In this document: piece after piece, positions 13,480 to 26,200 of the stretch
How positions within the stretch are numbered: position 1 is the stretch's first letter
Layout: every line of letters starts with the position of its first letter
NCBI GenBank assembly: GCA_043228905.1
Contig: JBHGNT010000016.1
Span: forward strand, 7,378,001 to 7,442,000
Length of the DNA stretch: 64,000 nucleotides
Origin: Azolla caroliniana
Taxonomy: Eukaryota > Plantae > Polypodiophyta
Direction: 5' to 3'
The notes under the pieces: model-generated
The model's database searches: none
Seen by the model: the letters and a program-made list of their open reading frames with translations, nothing else
What the model was told of the DNA's origin: nothing
Program-made: the position numbers and the translations under genes

Positions 13480-14480
13480 GATTCACTAGTACTGATTATG
13501 GTCATAACCATGTTAAGTAAACTTAATTTACAGGTTAGTACTATCATCCTACGTGTACAAGTACTAATTAAGGTTGAGGCCTTGTAATGTATCCGTAATT
13601 TACAACATAGTATTGTCCCCAAAGGTGCACATGCACAAGTATTGACAATGTTTTACAACTAAGTACTCAGATCCCACATGCGCAAGTACTAATTTATAAC
13701 TTAGGATTGTATTACTTCATTGGCACGAGTACTAATTTATATCTCAGCACTGCCCTCTCTTGTGCATTAGTGCTAATGAATAACTTAGTACTATCCTCTT
13801 TCGTTCATTAGTACTAATTTATAACTTTTGGACTGTCATCCGGCAAGCACGAGCACTAATTAATACTTACATTGCCCCGTCTCAGTAATGTTTGTACTAA
13901 TTCATAACTTAGTTATATTCAACTTTGTTTCGTTAGTACTAATTTATAACTTAGGATTGTTCTCTCTCATTAATACTAATTATTAACTTAGTACTATCCA
14001 ACCATGTTCATTAGTACTAATTATTAACTTAGTACTATCCAACTTTGTTCATTAAGACCAACTTATAACTTAGGATTGTCCTCTATCACGCATTAGTACT
14101 AATTAATAACATAGTACTATCCAACTTTGTTCATTAAGACCAACTTATAACTTAGGACTATCCTCTGTCATGCATTAGTACTAATTAATAACTTAGTACT
14201 CTCCAACTTTGTTCATTACGACCAACTTATAACTTATGGTTGTTCTCTCTCATGCATTAGTATTGATTAGTAACTTACCACTCCCCTCTCTCGTTTGTTA
14301 GTACTAATTTCCAACTTAGTACTATCTTTTCTCGTGCATTAGTACTAATTAATAACTTACCACTTCCCTCTCTCATCTATTACTACTAATCTCCAACTTC
14401 GTACTATCCTCTCTCATGCATTAGTACTGATCAATAACTTAGTACTATCCTCTCTTGTTCATTTGTATTGATTCAAATAT
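13480..14480. repeat. Intronic TTAGTACTAA-based tandem repeat (about 40-42-bp units)
   Basis: Repeated TTAGTACTAATTAATAACTTAGTACTATCC units inside the transposase intron. Confidence 0.9.
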
Positions 14481-14997
14481 TAGTTTAAGTAATAATTATG
14501 GTTTAAGTCATGCAATTAATTATGTTTGTTGGCTAATTGTCATGCAAAACACCCAGATACTTCTCATTGACAAACATTAGGATGCAATGGAACTACTTCG
14601 GGTTTGGACATGGAAAGGGAGAGCATGATGGCGCGGGGGCTATGATCAAGCGTGCTCTTACATCGGGGCAGTTGGATAATAAAGGTGCTAAGCTAAAAAA
14701 TGCACATGATGTTGTGGAGTGGCTCACATGGAAGATGTCAAATGATGGTAAGAATAGATTGTTTATTGAGGTTCATGCTAATGAGGTGGATAGGAGTAAA
14801 TCATACGGTTGTAAAACCGTGAAAGGGACGTGCAAGACCCATTGTGTTTTAGGGTTTAGTCACAAGGACACAACACAATTGTTATTCCGTAGTTTATCAT
14901 CCTTTTCTTCCATGTGTTTAGATGAAGCTTGGGATGAACGCACCAATCTATCAATTGTGGGGCCATGGAAGCTACAAAAGCTAGAGAGAGAACACAG

Positions 14998-15600
14998 TGT
15001 GAATATCCAAGAAAAACGAACATTCAAACAATATTGCATACTACAACCTGATGAGAAATCGGTGCGGAAATTTAATTCACAATGAACAGATAATGCTGAA
15101 ATATGAATTACAGAAATGCCAGAAAAATAAGATAAACAAGAGTGCACAGAGATTTACGTGGAAACCCTAAAACGGGAGAAAACCACGGGAACAAAATCTT
15201 CACTATGGATAGTGGATATACAATATAGCGATGATTACAACACTCTGTCGAGTGTATCAGCCACACAGGGCTCTTCGCGTCTGTTGCTACTCACACAGCT
15301 ATGGCGCGGCTCACACACACACTCTCTATCTCTCTTTTTCGCTATACCCTGTTCGTCTCTCTAACACACTAACTAAAAGTTTGCCCTAGTTGCACATGTA
15401 CTTACGCAACTTCCTAGTTATTTACATGCGTAGCCCTCGTGGAGCGCACACTTAGACTATTTACAAGTATAGTCTCCTGAGTTGGCTATTTACACGATTC
15501 CGGTTTCGGCCTCAGCCAAGTTGCTTATCAACTCGGCTCCTCGACTGTCAGCTTTCCGGATGGTCAGATCTTCCTCCCATTGGAGGGACATATCCCAACA
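14998..15600. mobile_element. Probable solo LTR interrupting transposase B
   Basis: 603 bp bounded by TG...CA (TGTGAATATCC...TATCCCAACA); transposase homology stops and resumes at its edges; no clean TSD. Confidence 0.65.
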
Positions 15601-16287
15601 CATCTAGTGTGAGGACTTAGCAATATTATTGGAAGTTGGAGATCATTTTGCAGTGCTCAAATCTCCTCAGAATGAAGATTTTGAAGACTACTACATTGTG
15701 GTGTACAAGCAAGGAAATACAATATTGGAAGAAGTCGTGAGGGATTGCTGGGGCAACATGTTCAATGTTGGTGGGTCTGTTGTGTATGGCAACTACTATG
15801 CAAAGTTGCCACAATGCAAGAACACATATGCATTGTTTAAAGATGCACCCACCGCAATTATCTATGTTGATGCCATTATCGCAAAGCACAAGGTTAAGGG
15901 ATACAACACTATCTACAAAGTCCCCAAAGGGGTACACGAACACATATTGGGGGAGGTCTCCCTCTTTAATGCTTAGAATGGCAAGTGTTGCGTCTAATGT
16001 AATTTTTGCATGTGTTCAAACTCTGACTTACAAGTAAAAGGAAATATATCATCTTGGGTTTTCATATTTATCTTGGGTTTTCTAACAGTATCCCTCTTTG
16101 GTTTAGATATGTATGTTTCTTTTATATGAAGTGTCTAGTGCTTGGTAAAATATCTCATTGGCTAGTATTTGAGCCTACGTTAGTATCAAAGTTAGGAGTT
16201 CATATGTGTGTCTATATCTCTTTAGTAGTTCATATGTATCATATGTATGCCTATAACTCTTTAGGAGTTCATATGTACCAAAGTTAG

Positions 16288-16870
16288 TACAATGCATATC
16301 AAGTTAGTACTAAATTTGTGTTAAGAGTTTGTTAACGTACACATATGTAAAATAAGAGTGTTCATTCCACTCATCACTCATCTTCTCACTGTCACATGTG
16401 TGCATAACAAGTAAACCAGAACAATGTCACAATGAGGGTAATCAATAACTTAACATTCCTATCAATTACAGACAACCACCCAAATACAATAAACTTATCT
16501 AGGTACTGAGTGGCACTTCATCATCGGAGGTAGTAGACTACTGAGTGGCACGAGGCAGTAGTAAATTAGCTACAATGCATATCAAATTAGTACTTAAACT
16601 ATGTTAAGTGTTTACTAACCTAGACATATCTAAGATAGGAGTGTTCATTCCACTCATGACTTTACATTCTCACCATCACATGTGTGCATAACAAGTAAAT
16701 TAAAACTGTGTCAAGATGAGAGTAATCAATGACTTAGCATTCCTATCAATAACTTTGCATCCAATTCACATCATGGATATGTAAACCCCATTAGTGTCAA
16801 GAAGCAGGTAATCAATAACTTTACAATCGGTAATCAATTACATACAACTATCAAAATACAATAAACTTTG
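16288..16870. repeat. Two-copy tandem duplication (283-bp offset) between the convergent genes of B
   Basis: TACAATGCATATCAA.TTAGTACT starts at both 16288 and 16571. Confidence 0.8.
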
Positions 16871-18399
16871 GTTTAGTTTTTTTTGGATCTTGTAATGCAC
16901 CTATTTTTTGTTTCATTCTTCTCAAATTTCACACCCTTGTTCATCTTAAAACCATGAGGTAGTAAACTACACACTTCCAAGAAGATGTGGTCGATAATCT
17001 TACTAGAAATCTCCTGGGGGTCATTGGACGTGTCATTCTTCAATTTTCCCGGCTCCAATACCACATTATTAGGAGTACAAACATGTTCCTCATCTTGGGT
17101 GCTTGTCTTCATTGCAAACTCCCCTCCCTGTTGATCAAGTTAGACACTTGCTCCAAGTGCAAGCTACTTGCAGTATTTTGGACAGACACCTCATTCGTAG
17201 TACCACACTCTCCTTCTTCTTGGGTAGTTGCGGGGGTCTCCTTAATGATACAACCTTGGCCTAGGTTAAGGCTGCTTGTGTTGTTTTGGACACACACCTC
17301 ATTCTTTGTACAACCATGATCCTCTCCTTGGGTCAATTTCACATTCTCTTCAAACTCCATTGCAAAGTTGATTGTCACCTCATGCTTTGTCCACTCCAGT
17401 TCCTTGTTTTGGGTGATCTCACATTCCTCATGTGTGGTAGCATTTGAGCCTGAATAATCAAGATTGCTCCATAAACTACCTGAATCATCTGATGGTATTT
17501 GTGAATCTACATGCTCTTCTACTCCTAAATAACAGTAAAGTGATGCAAGAACAATATCAATTCACATTCTGAAAAAGTGAAGGCACCTAGCCAAATGTTT
17601 AAGGTTAAGGGACAAATGTTTACCTACTGTTACATCGTCATTGTTGTTTGGGATGGTCCCAATTTCAAGTTGGGGCTCTTCATCATGCCAATATTTCCCA
17701 ACACTCTCTATGTATTAATACACTTGTACATTATTGTCACGTGAAGTAATATGGTCAAAATAACAATTATATGAGACGGCTCCCAACATGTACTTGGAAG
17801 TGAGATAAATTCTTCTTCATATTGTGGCTCTGAATTTGTATCTCCATTTTCATTACTCTTTTCTTCCTTGTCTAAAAACAAAAGTATGTAGTATTAGTCT
17901 AACTCATCAAGATGACACCAACCACAAGTTTGCAAGAATTTGTATTACCCACCACAACAATCAACTTTGCATTTCTTCCCCTTTCCGTACAATTTCCTTG
18001 CAGCATTACACTTCTTTGTAGGCTCTTTGATAGAAACATAATAAATTAGTAGTATACCAACATTTTAGAAATTAGACAGGCAAACACAATTAGCATTACC
18101 ATTCACACAGTCAGGGCGTGCTAAGCTAGGAGATTTTGTTTCAAGCATCACATCTTCAACTATTCCAATGGCCTTTCTCATACATTCATTTTCATCATAA
18201 ACTTCATCAGGTACCACTAAGGAACGACCGTGAACTTTGGAATTTGCAGCACACTCTGTACATAGTATCACGGGGCCTGGTTTGTCAATTACCTTCCCTG
18301 GTGTGGTGTTGCTAGAAACTACAACATTCATATTATAAGCATACATATTATAAGGGTACATATTATAACATGAGTCCAAAATTACAAATACAGTACTGA

Positions 18400-19745
18400 T
18401 CCACTTGGACATGCATATTTCATCTGGTAACGAACAATGTTAGTACTAAAAAGCCGATACATTCACGTCTATTTGTTCGGTCATGCAAAGCCTAATTCAA
18501 GTGGACACAAAAAGTACAATGCAATAAGCAATGTTAGTACTAATACAAGTTATACAAGTAAACATTTAGGACCCTCCGTACCAAATAATCAATATTGAAT
18601 TAATTGATCATGAAGGAATACAATGTATTAAGTAATGTTAGTACTTAATCAACATCTTAAGAACTTAAACGATTAGTACTAAGCCACATGGACATGCATA
18701 TTTCATCTGGTAACGAACAATGTTAGTACTAAAAAGCCAACACATTCATGTCTATTTGTTTGGTCATGCAAAGCCTAATTCAAGTGAACACAAAAAGTAC
18801 AATGCAATAAGCAATGTTAGTACTAATACAAGTTATACAACTAAACATTTAGCACCGTCCGTACCAAATAATCAATACTGAATCAATTGATCATGAAGGA
18901 ATACAATGTATTAAGTAATGTGAGTACTTAATCAACATCTTAGGAACTTAAACGATTAGTACTAAGCCACATGGACATGCATATTTCATCTGCTAACGAA
19001 CAATGTTAGTACTAAAAAGCCAACACATTCATGTCTATTTGTTCAGTCATGCAAAGCCTAATTCAAGTGGACACAAAAAGTACAATGCAATAAGCAATGT
19101 TAGTACTAATACAAGTTATACAAGTAAACATTTAGCACCCTCCGTACCAAATAATCAATACTGAATCAATTGATCATGAAGGAATACAATGTATTAAGTA
19201 ATGTGAGTACTCAATCAACATCTTAGGAGCTTAAAGGATTAGTACTAAGCCACATGGACATGCATATTTTATTTGGTAATGAACAATGTTAGTACTAAAC
19301 AGCCAAGACCGACATGCCTATTTGTTCGGTTATGCAAAGGCTAAGTCAACTGGACTCAAAAAGTACAATGCAATTAACCAATGTTAATACTAATACGAGT
19401 TATACAACTAAACATTTAAGACCCACCGTACTAAATAATCAATACTGAATCAATTCATCACAAAGGAATACAATGGAATAAGTATTGTTAGTACTTAATC
19501 AACATCTTAGGATCTTAAAGGAATAGTATTGAACCACCTGGACATGCATATTTCTGATGGTAATGAACAATGTTAGTACTAAACAGCCAAGACCGACATG
19601 CCTATTTGTTCGATCATGCAAAGCCTAAGTCAAGTGGACAAAAAAAGTACAATGCAATTAACAATGTTAGTACTAATACAAGTTATACAACTAAACATTT
19701 AAGACTTTTAGTACTAAATAATTTGCACTAAATCGATTGATCATC
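18400..19745. repeat. 283-bp tandem repeat (about 4.7 copies) rich in TTAGTACTAA, downstream of the RING exon donor
   Basis: GGACATGCATATTT at 18407, 18690, 18973, 19256 and 19540. Confidence 0.95.
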
Positions 19746-19800
19746 CTGGATCCAACTGTAAGAACATAGTATAAAAATTGCATAATGCTTCATCACATAC

Positions 19801-19985
19801 CATAGGAGTGTACTTTCAAACCCCAAGCTAGGTACCATTCGGCTCCAACTGTACTTTTACAGTCCAAACATATATTTTCTTTCTCGAAATGGTACTTAGC
19901 ACATAACAAATGATATGTGTGCAAGCATGGTGTAATGATAGCATCCATAGACTCAAGCTTGAATCCAAGGCCATAGAATAAACAC
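19801..19985 (-). CDS. RING-H2 zinc finger exon (absent from the ORF track)
   Basis: After an 89-bp intron (20074-19986) it reads RCLFYGLGFKLESMDAIITPCLHTYHLLCAKYHFEKENICLDCKSTVGAEWYLAWG, then a GTATGT donor. The second Cys is Tyr. Confidence 0.82.
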
Positions 19986-22454
19986 CTTCAGTAACGAGAC
20001 ACAACATACATTATATTAGCACCAATGATATTTTATACCATAGAAGGTTAAAAAGGAGAAATATAAACCATTACCGTGATATAGTAATGTTTCTAATTGA
20101 ACTTGCCATGCAAGCGGGGTGCTCACCTACATTCGGACATAGAGTATCTAAACCTTTTTCTTTTAGACCCTTCATCAAACATGTTAGATTCTCTGAATGC
20201 AGCTTTAAGGTTGATAATTGCTCATCAATTTCATTACAAGAAGACCGCCATGTCTCTAGATCTTTCTTGTGTGCTTCTAGATGAGTACCCATAGTTTTGA
20301 GCTCCTTCTTCAACTCCTCTTTTAACACATCACTTTCTGAATTTTGGATTGTTGATGCAATCCATTCGTATGTATTCAACATAGATGTGAATTGTTTCTC
20401 TATTGCCCTCTCACCAGATGAAACTTCTTCCAAATCGGCCAGCAGTGCTTGCATTTCTATTTGCATGGAAGCTATATAGCGCAACAATCGTTGTTCATGT
20501 TTTTCCGTCCGTGTGGCTTTTTGTTTTGCAATTTGTTGAGTCAACATAGATGTCCGAGTTGGGATTTCAATATGAGAGATACCCTCAGACTTCATGGTAG
20601 TGTTGGTACTTGAGGATGTTATGTACACATAACGTTGGTGAGGGTAGGTCACTAATATTTACATTAGTGAAGGGTATGTTCACTATTATTAAAAAGGGGA
20701 CTAATGATTGGATAGAATGAATGATATGTGCATGCACTATCATGATTTAGACAACCAATGAATAGAGAGCCTTTTAGAAAGGCACATCTATTCAAGGGGC
20801 CTAGGAAAAGGTATAAATATGAGGCTTAGCTACCCTCATAGGGATCATCACGTCGGAAGGCTGCTGTCGTAGACACCGGTGGTGCGGGCTAGGCTTTCGT
20901 CTCGACGATCGTGTTTATCTCTTCCAAGGTATTAGTCATCCTAATATCCGGCGGTATGGGACGTCGGTGGTAGGTTGGCTATGTCTAGATCATAGCTCGG
21001 GGGTGGTCGGGTGGAACGGGTTCTTCTATCCAATCAATTTTCTTCCTTTTTACTTGATTTGGTCTATTGATTAGTAATAGACTCTTAACAGAGGACCCTC
21101 TATAATGTGATGATCGATGATGAGCAAAATCTTCCCAATCAACTTCAATGCCACCATGGAGTTCACATGCAAATGCACATGCAAAGACAAATCCTACCTC
21201 ATTGTTTAGGATATGTTTCGTGTCATAAACTTGTTCATATCGTGACTTTAGTTCAATGCTATAATCCTTCTTCAATTGAGTGAGGTGGAAACCTCTCCGT
21301 GTCTCGGGTTGTGATGAGCCCCAAGTTTTCATCATCCACATGTCTAGGTCTTCATAACTGTCAAGTCGTGCACAAAGGAAATAACCCCATCCCAATTTTG
21401 TACCTCGAAGGATGTTTGTGTGAACCTTTTTGCCTTGAGTTGTTGAAAACTTCAACCTCCCTCTGGTGGGGGTCATCTTACTTTCTTTGATGGGGGTCCT
21501 TTTTCTTTCCTTGCATGGTGTGATGACATTTTTGGTGACCATTTTCTTCTTTTTGGGTGTCTTCCTTATCATGTGAATCCTGTCTCTCTTCTTCGCCTCA
21601 CATGCACAACAATAGTAAATAACAATAAATCATGCACAACAATAGTAAACAATATTAAATAATATACAATTCAAGGAGATGTTGGATATGAAACATAATG
21701 TTAACTCCCGATACTTAACATATACACATGTTGACTGACTCTCAAATTCAAGCATATGCATGTACAAAGCTCTCAAATGATCAAGAGAGAACAACAACAA
21801 CAAAACCCTAAACGATAATAATAGATAAAAAAAAACACATACAGATAAACATGTCCCAAACATCGTTATGGTTGCAGATGTAAAAAAACAGATAGAAAAT
21901 AAGAAAAACAGATAGAATCAAACATACAAACATATAGAAAACAAGTACCAAATGTCATTGTTGAAGTCTTTGAAGAGGGGACGCGTTTGAAACACACTAG
22001 GTAGAGGGAACCAGGTAGAGGGAACACTTGGAGGTAGCGGGAACACGACCAACAGAACAGAGACCGAGGCAAAGAGGACACGGTGTGTAGACCACACTTT
22101 AGAGAACGCGGCCAGTAGAGGAAAGCTCGATGTAACGAGGACACATTACAACGGTTGAGAGAGAGAATACCTGAGAGAAAGGGCACGACAAGGACATAGT
22201 TGAAGACCTGATGTCGATGTAGCGAGGACACAGTACAACACCTGAGCATACTGTTGTTGCAAAGAGGACATGACAAGCAGGGAATGGGTTTAGGGTTTGC
22301 AGGGTGAGCAGAGAACGTGGAGAAACCGGTGCCGAAGTTGGAAGAGAGAGAGAGGGAGGGAGGGAGGGGGGTACGAACGTAGTGAATAAATGAGTAGAAG
22401 GGGGAAGGAAAGAGTGCGAGAGAGACGAGGTACAAACCTAGGGAATTACCAAGT

Positions 22455-22456
<2 letters not shown>

Positions 22457-22490
<34 letters not shown>

Positions 22491-22593
22491 ACTGGCAGTT
22501 CGAGATAAACCTGTTATTTGCCAAGAGAGACATAGTGGAAGAGAGACAAGCTAACTATCTTCATGATTGACTGACGACTCGAGATCTTATATA
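22457..22593 (-). promoter_or_regulatory. Putative promoter and 5' UTR of accessory gene B: TATA box plus (CT)n tract
   Basis: TATATAAG at 22593-22586 and (CT)16 at 22488-22457 on the minus strand, followed by a AG|GTTTGT donor-like site near 22437. Confidence 0.5.
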
Positions 22594-22788
22594 GTTAAGA
22601 CCGCCTTACAACAGTACATGGGATTTTAACACAAGTGATGTTTATTCATATTTGAAATCTATTTTCATTGAATGTGACTTTTAATTTTAAGACAAGTGAT
22701 CAATTTTTTAAACCCAAATATTGGATTTATTTTTACATTTTTAAGTTTTTCCTCCACATGGAATTAGTACTAAAGTTTTGGCCAAAAG

Positions 22789-22815
22789 TTGGTACATCGG
22801 AGTGTGCTTTCACCC
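22789..22815 (-). repeat. Right TIR of element B
   Basis: Reverse complement reads GGGTGAAAGCACACTCCGATGTACCAA. Confidence 0.88.
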
Positions 22816-23200
22816 TGTAAAGAATCATATCTGATTCTTGTGCAGCGGAAGAGATGTGTGTTGTGTGTATGGGTGAGAGGAAAGATAGAACAGAAGAGAA
22901 AACACAAGATAGATTAGATAGAATGGAAAATAGAATACTCAAGAAGAAAGTGTATATTCACAAGGAGAATTTGAGATACAAAATGTAGCATTACAAGGAG
23001 TCACAACCGACACTCTATGAAGTAGGAGGAGCGTGGTTTATGTAAGGCCACCCTCTCTCTTCATTAACTCACTACAAGAACTACTCCCTCTTGGGGAATG
23101 TGAAGAATCATAGTCATGGGGAATATGGAATTCATTAATTATGTGTCATAGAATATGATTCTATGACACATAGTTAATGTGTAGAGAGTAGTGATGTGAC
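22816..23200 (-). mobile_element. Remainder of the copia 5' LTR, separated from its PBS by element B
   Basis: Removing B restores ...CTTTACA|TGGTATCAGAGC; pyrimidine-rich U5-like sequence. The outer boundary is uncertain. Confidence 0.6.
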
Positions 23201-26200
23201 TCTTGACCTTTGCATGATCATAGATTCTCAAAGGGTGTGTGCACATGTTGCACTAGGTTGAGCTTGATTCTCAACACAAAACCACCGACTACTAGTATTG
23301 TGGCTGAAAGGGCCATAGAGAGTGTGACTGCTAGAAGAATAAATCGGATTCCAACAGAGCCGAATCGAATCATGCTGATGGAGAAAGGCGGCAACAATTG
23401 CACTATAGCGAGGGCTCAGGGTGAGTTGAAATGGGCCTTGCCTTCGTAATGAAGGACAAAACCAATTCAATGAAGTAGAGCACCTCGAAGCCAAATGAGT
23501 TGTGGTCTGTGGATTCTAGAGCTTCAAACCACATGACAAACCACAAGGAGTGGTCCTCGACTCTAGAGACGCTAGAACAACTAGTGTCGTCGAAACTTAA
23601 GGACGACACCCCTCATCCCATTGAATATATCGAAGACGTCCCCTTGCGCCATGTAGGCCAAAAAGGGATAATGAGGAATGTCTTGCACATCAAGACGATC
23701 ACCAAGAACCTGGTATCGTTTGGATAGATCAATTCACTCATCATGGATACTTCATTGAAGAGGAAGGCAAAATCATCGCAGAACGCCACCAAGACGGGCA
23801 AATGTTTATCCTCAAGATGAACGATGTCAGCACTATTGTGTTCGCCAACAGGCAAAAGGTCGAGTCGGATATCGACCTGTGGCACAAGCGATTTGGCCAT
23901 GTCAACTTCCCAAAGCTTCAGGAGATGCAGTCAAAACAAATAGTGTTTGGCTTGTCGAAGTTTGGTGAACGATAAGGCCAATAATGTGAAACTTGTCAAC
24001 TCGTGAAGCACCATCGGCATCCATTCCCCAACGAGTTTGATTTAATCCCCTTGGATGTGTGGGGACCAGCATACAACGTGAGCATTGGTGGGAGTCATTA
24101 CTTTGGAACCTTCATCGATTACTACACTCAACATACCTAGGCATGTCTAATCAAGAAGAAAAGAGAAGTCTTCTCCTGTTTCTTGATGGTGAAGATCCTT
24201 GCTGAACGGGAGACTAGGCGAAGGATCAAGTGCCTCAGGTTTGATGACAGGAAAGAGTACTTTGCCAACCAATTCTCAAGCTATCTACAGGAGGGAATTC
24301 GGCATGAATTCTCATGCATGTATACGCCAGAGTAGAACGGCGTAGCCGAAAGGAAGAACCGAAGATGTGAAGAAGCGGCAAGGGCAATGCTCGAGGAGAA
24401 GAGCATGCCCAAGCTCTACTAGCCTGAAGCTATCAAAACAGTCATGTATGTTCAGAATCAAACATCTACAACTAGAGAAAAAGTGTCGCCACATGAGTTA
24501 TACTTCAAGAAGACTCTGAACTTGGCACACTTGACGGTGTTAGGCAGCATAACATATGTGCATGTGCCAAAGGAGAAGCAGAGAAGTTGGATGCCAAAGC
24601 TGAGAAATGTATCTTGGTCAGCTACTCGGACGAGCAAAAGGGTTATAAGTGCTATAACCTCCGAACCAAAGAGGTTCCAGTAAGCCGTGATGTAGTGTTC
24701 GACAAATTGGCTTTGTGGTATCAGCCTTCGACTAATCTGACCCCCATGGACTCCATGCCAATTGCTAGGGATGAGGCTAGTGAGACTGAGATGCAAATGG
24801 ATGAAGAAAAAATTGGAACTGAAGAGGAGAATTCGATCTCATTTCGGCAAAGTGGGCCAAATGAGGGGCTGAGCTGGAACATCTAGCCGTATGAAGAGCA
24901 GACGAGTAGTGCAGACTTGGTTGTGCAATCCCGGCGCTAGAAGCTGAGGAAATGACTTACGTGCAAGGAGAAGGGGAAGATGAAGATGCTGGAATATGGC
25001 ACAGAGGGTAGTGCATCAGACCATGAAGAGTCTTCCACGATCAGCAGTGATAAGGAACCTCCAAAGTTGAGGTCTAAATTGGGCAAGAGGGCCATGAAAT
25101 CGGCCAACCAAAAGTTGTGTCGATCCACCCGCCAGAAGAGTGGATCGATATGATATGAGTACAATGAGTATATGGTGCATCAATATGCGTACATGGAAAA
25201 GGTGGCAAAAGTGCGTGAGCCAAAGAGCTACGCAGAAGCGGCGAAGGATATCAATTGGAGGAAGGCAATGGAGGAAGAGATGCACACACTAGCACAAAAT
25301 GAGACATGGGACCTGGTTGACGCCCCGAAGGGTGTAAAGATAGTCGAATGAAGAAGGGTGTAAAGATAGTCGAATGAAGATGGGTGTACAAGGTCAAGTA
25401 CAATGCCGATGGCTCCGTCAACTAGTGCAAGGCCCAACTGGTGGCCAAGGGCTACACACAACAACAAGGCATCGATTACGATGAGACATTCATGTTGGTT
25501 GCAAAGATGATGACCATCCTTGTGTTGTTGGCGGTAGTGGCAACGAAAGGATGACATCTACACCAAATGGACGTAAATGCTTTCTTGCAAGAAGAGCTTG
25601 AGGAAGAAGTGTATATGGTGCACCCTCCTGAATTTCAATCTAGATTGACTAGGTTGGTTGTTTGCCGACTGAAGAAGTCCTTGTATGGGTTAAAGCAAGC
25701 CACGCGTGCATGGAATGCCAAGATCATGCAATGACTGAGTCGGATGGGGTTTTCTCCGTTGAAGTCAGACTTGTCATTCGTCATTCGATAGGGTTGGAAC
25801 GGGCCAGTATGTACTTTGCATTACGTTGATGATTTAGTCATCGTTAGCATCAACTTCGAAGAAATCGGACACGTAAAGTTCCAACTTGCGGTATCATTGG
25901 AAATGAAGGATATGGGGGACCTTCATTAATTCCTTGGGATCAAAGTGATCTGCACCCCCGAAGGCATAATGATCAGCCAATGACATTATGTGCTAAGAAT
26001 GCTCTTCAAGTTCGGTATGACGAACTACAAATCGGTCTCAACTCCTTTGGATAGAAACGTTAAGCTTCGTCAAGGATCCCAAGTGGCATGTGACGTGACA
26101 TGGTTCCAACAAATTGTCGGAAGCCTCATCTACTTGAAAAGCACCCGTCTAGACCTAAACTATCCGGTCGGCTTGATTAGTCAATTCATGTCGCAATAGT

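Larger units (their letters stand above)
13035..15976 (+). pseudogene. Sola2-like DDD transposase (family B), spliced, N-terminus missing
   Basis: Exon to 13303: QSMHW..ISDDKNHD..HWVWSNGAASQFK. Phase-2 intron 13304(GTGAG)-14556(CAG) with a CTAAT branch site. Next exon RYFSLTNIRMQWNYFGFGHGKGEHDGAG. A solo LTR interrupts; C-terminal part 15608-15976 is homologous to 44440-44794. In-frame TGA at 13185. Confidence 0.85.
16873..21572 (-). pseudogene. Multi-exon accessory gene of element B: conserved N-domain, coiled coil, RING-H2, low-complexity C-terminus
   Basis: ORF 20985..21572 (YEQVY..NNEVGFVFACAFACE..VDW); coiled-coil-like ORF 20071..20652; RING exon 19985-19801. Downstream ORFs 18065..18412, 17109..17378 and 16873..17112 are assigned tentatively. 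Confidence 0.72.
12166..22815 (+). mobile_element. Giant Sola2-like TIR DNA transposon, family B (10.65 kb)
   Basis: 27-bp TIRs 12166-12192 and 22789-22815 (21/27 match, GGG termini); 4-bp TSD TGTA at 12162-65 and 22816-19; transposase with GHGKGEHDG motif; convergent RING gene. Confidence 0.9.

Noticed and set aside
25330-25385. 25-bp tandem duplication in copia RT
   Set aside because: Ordinary slippage damage in a dead element.
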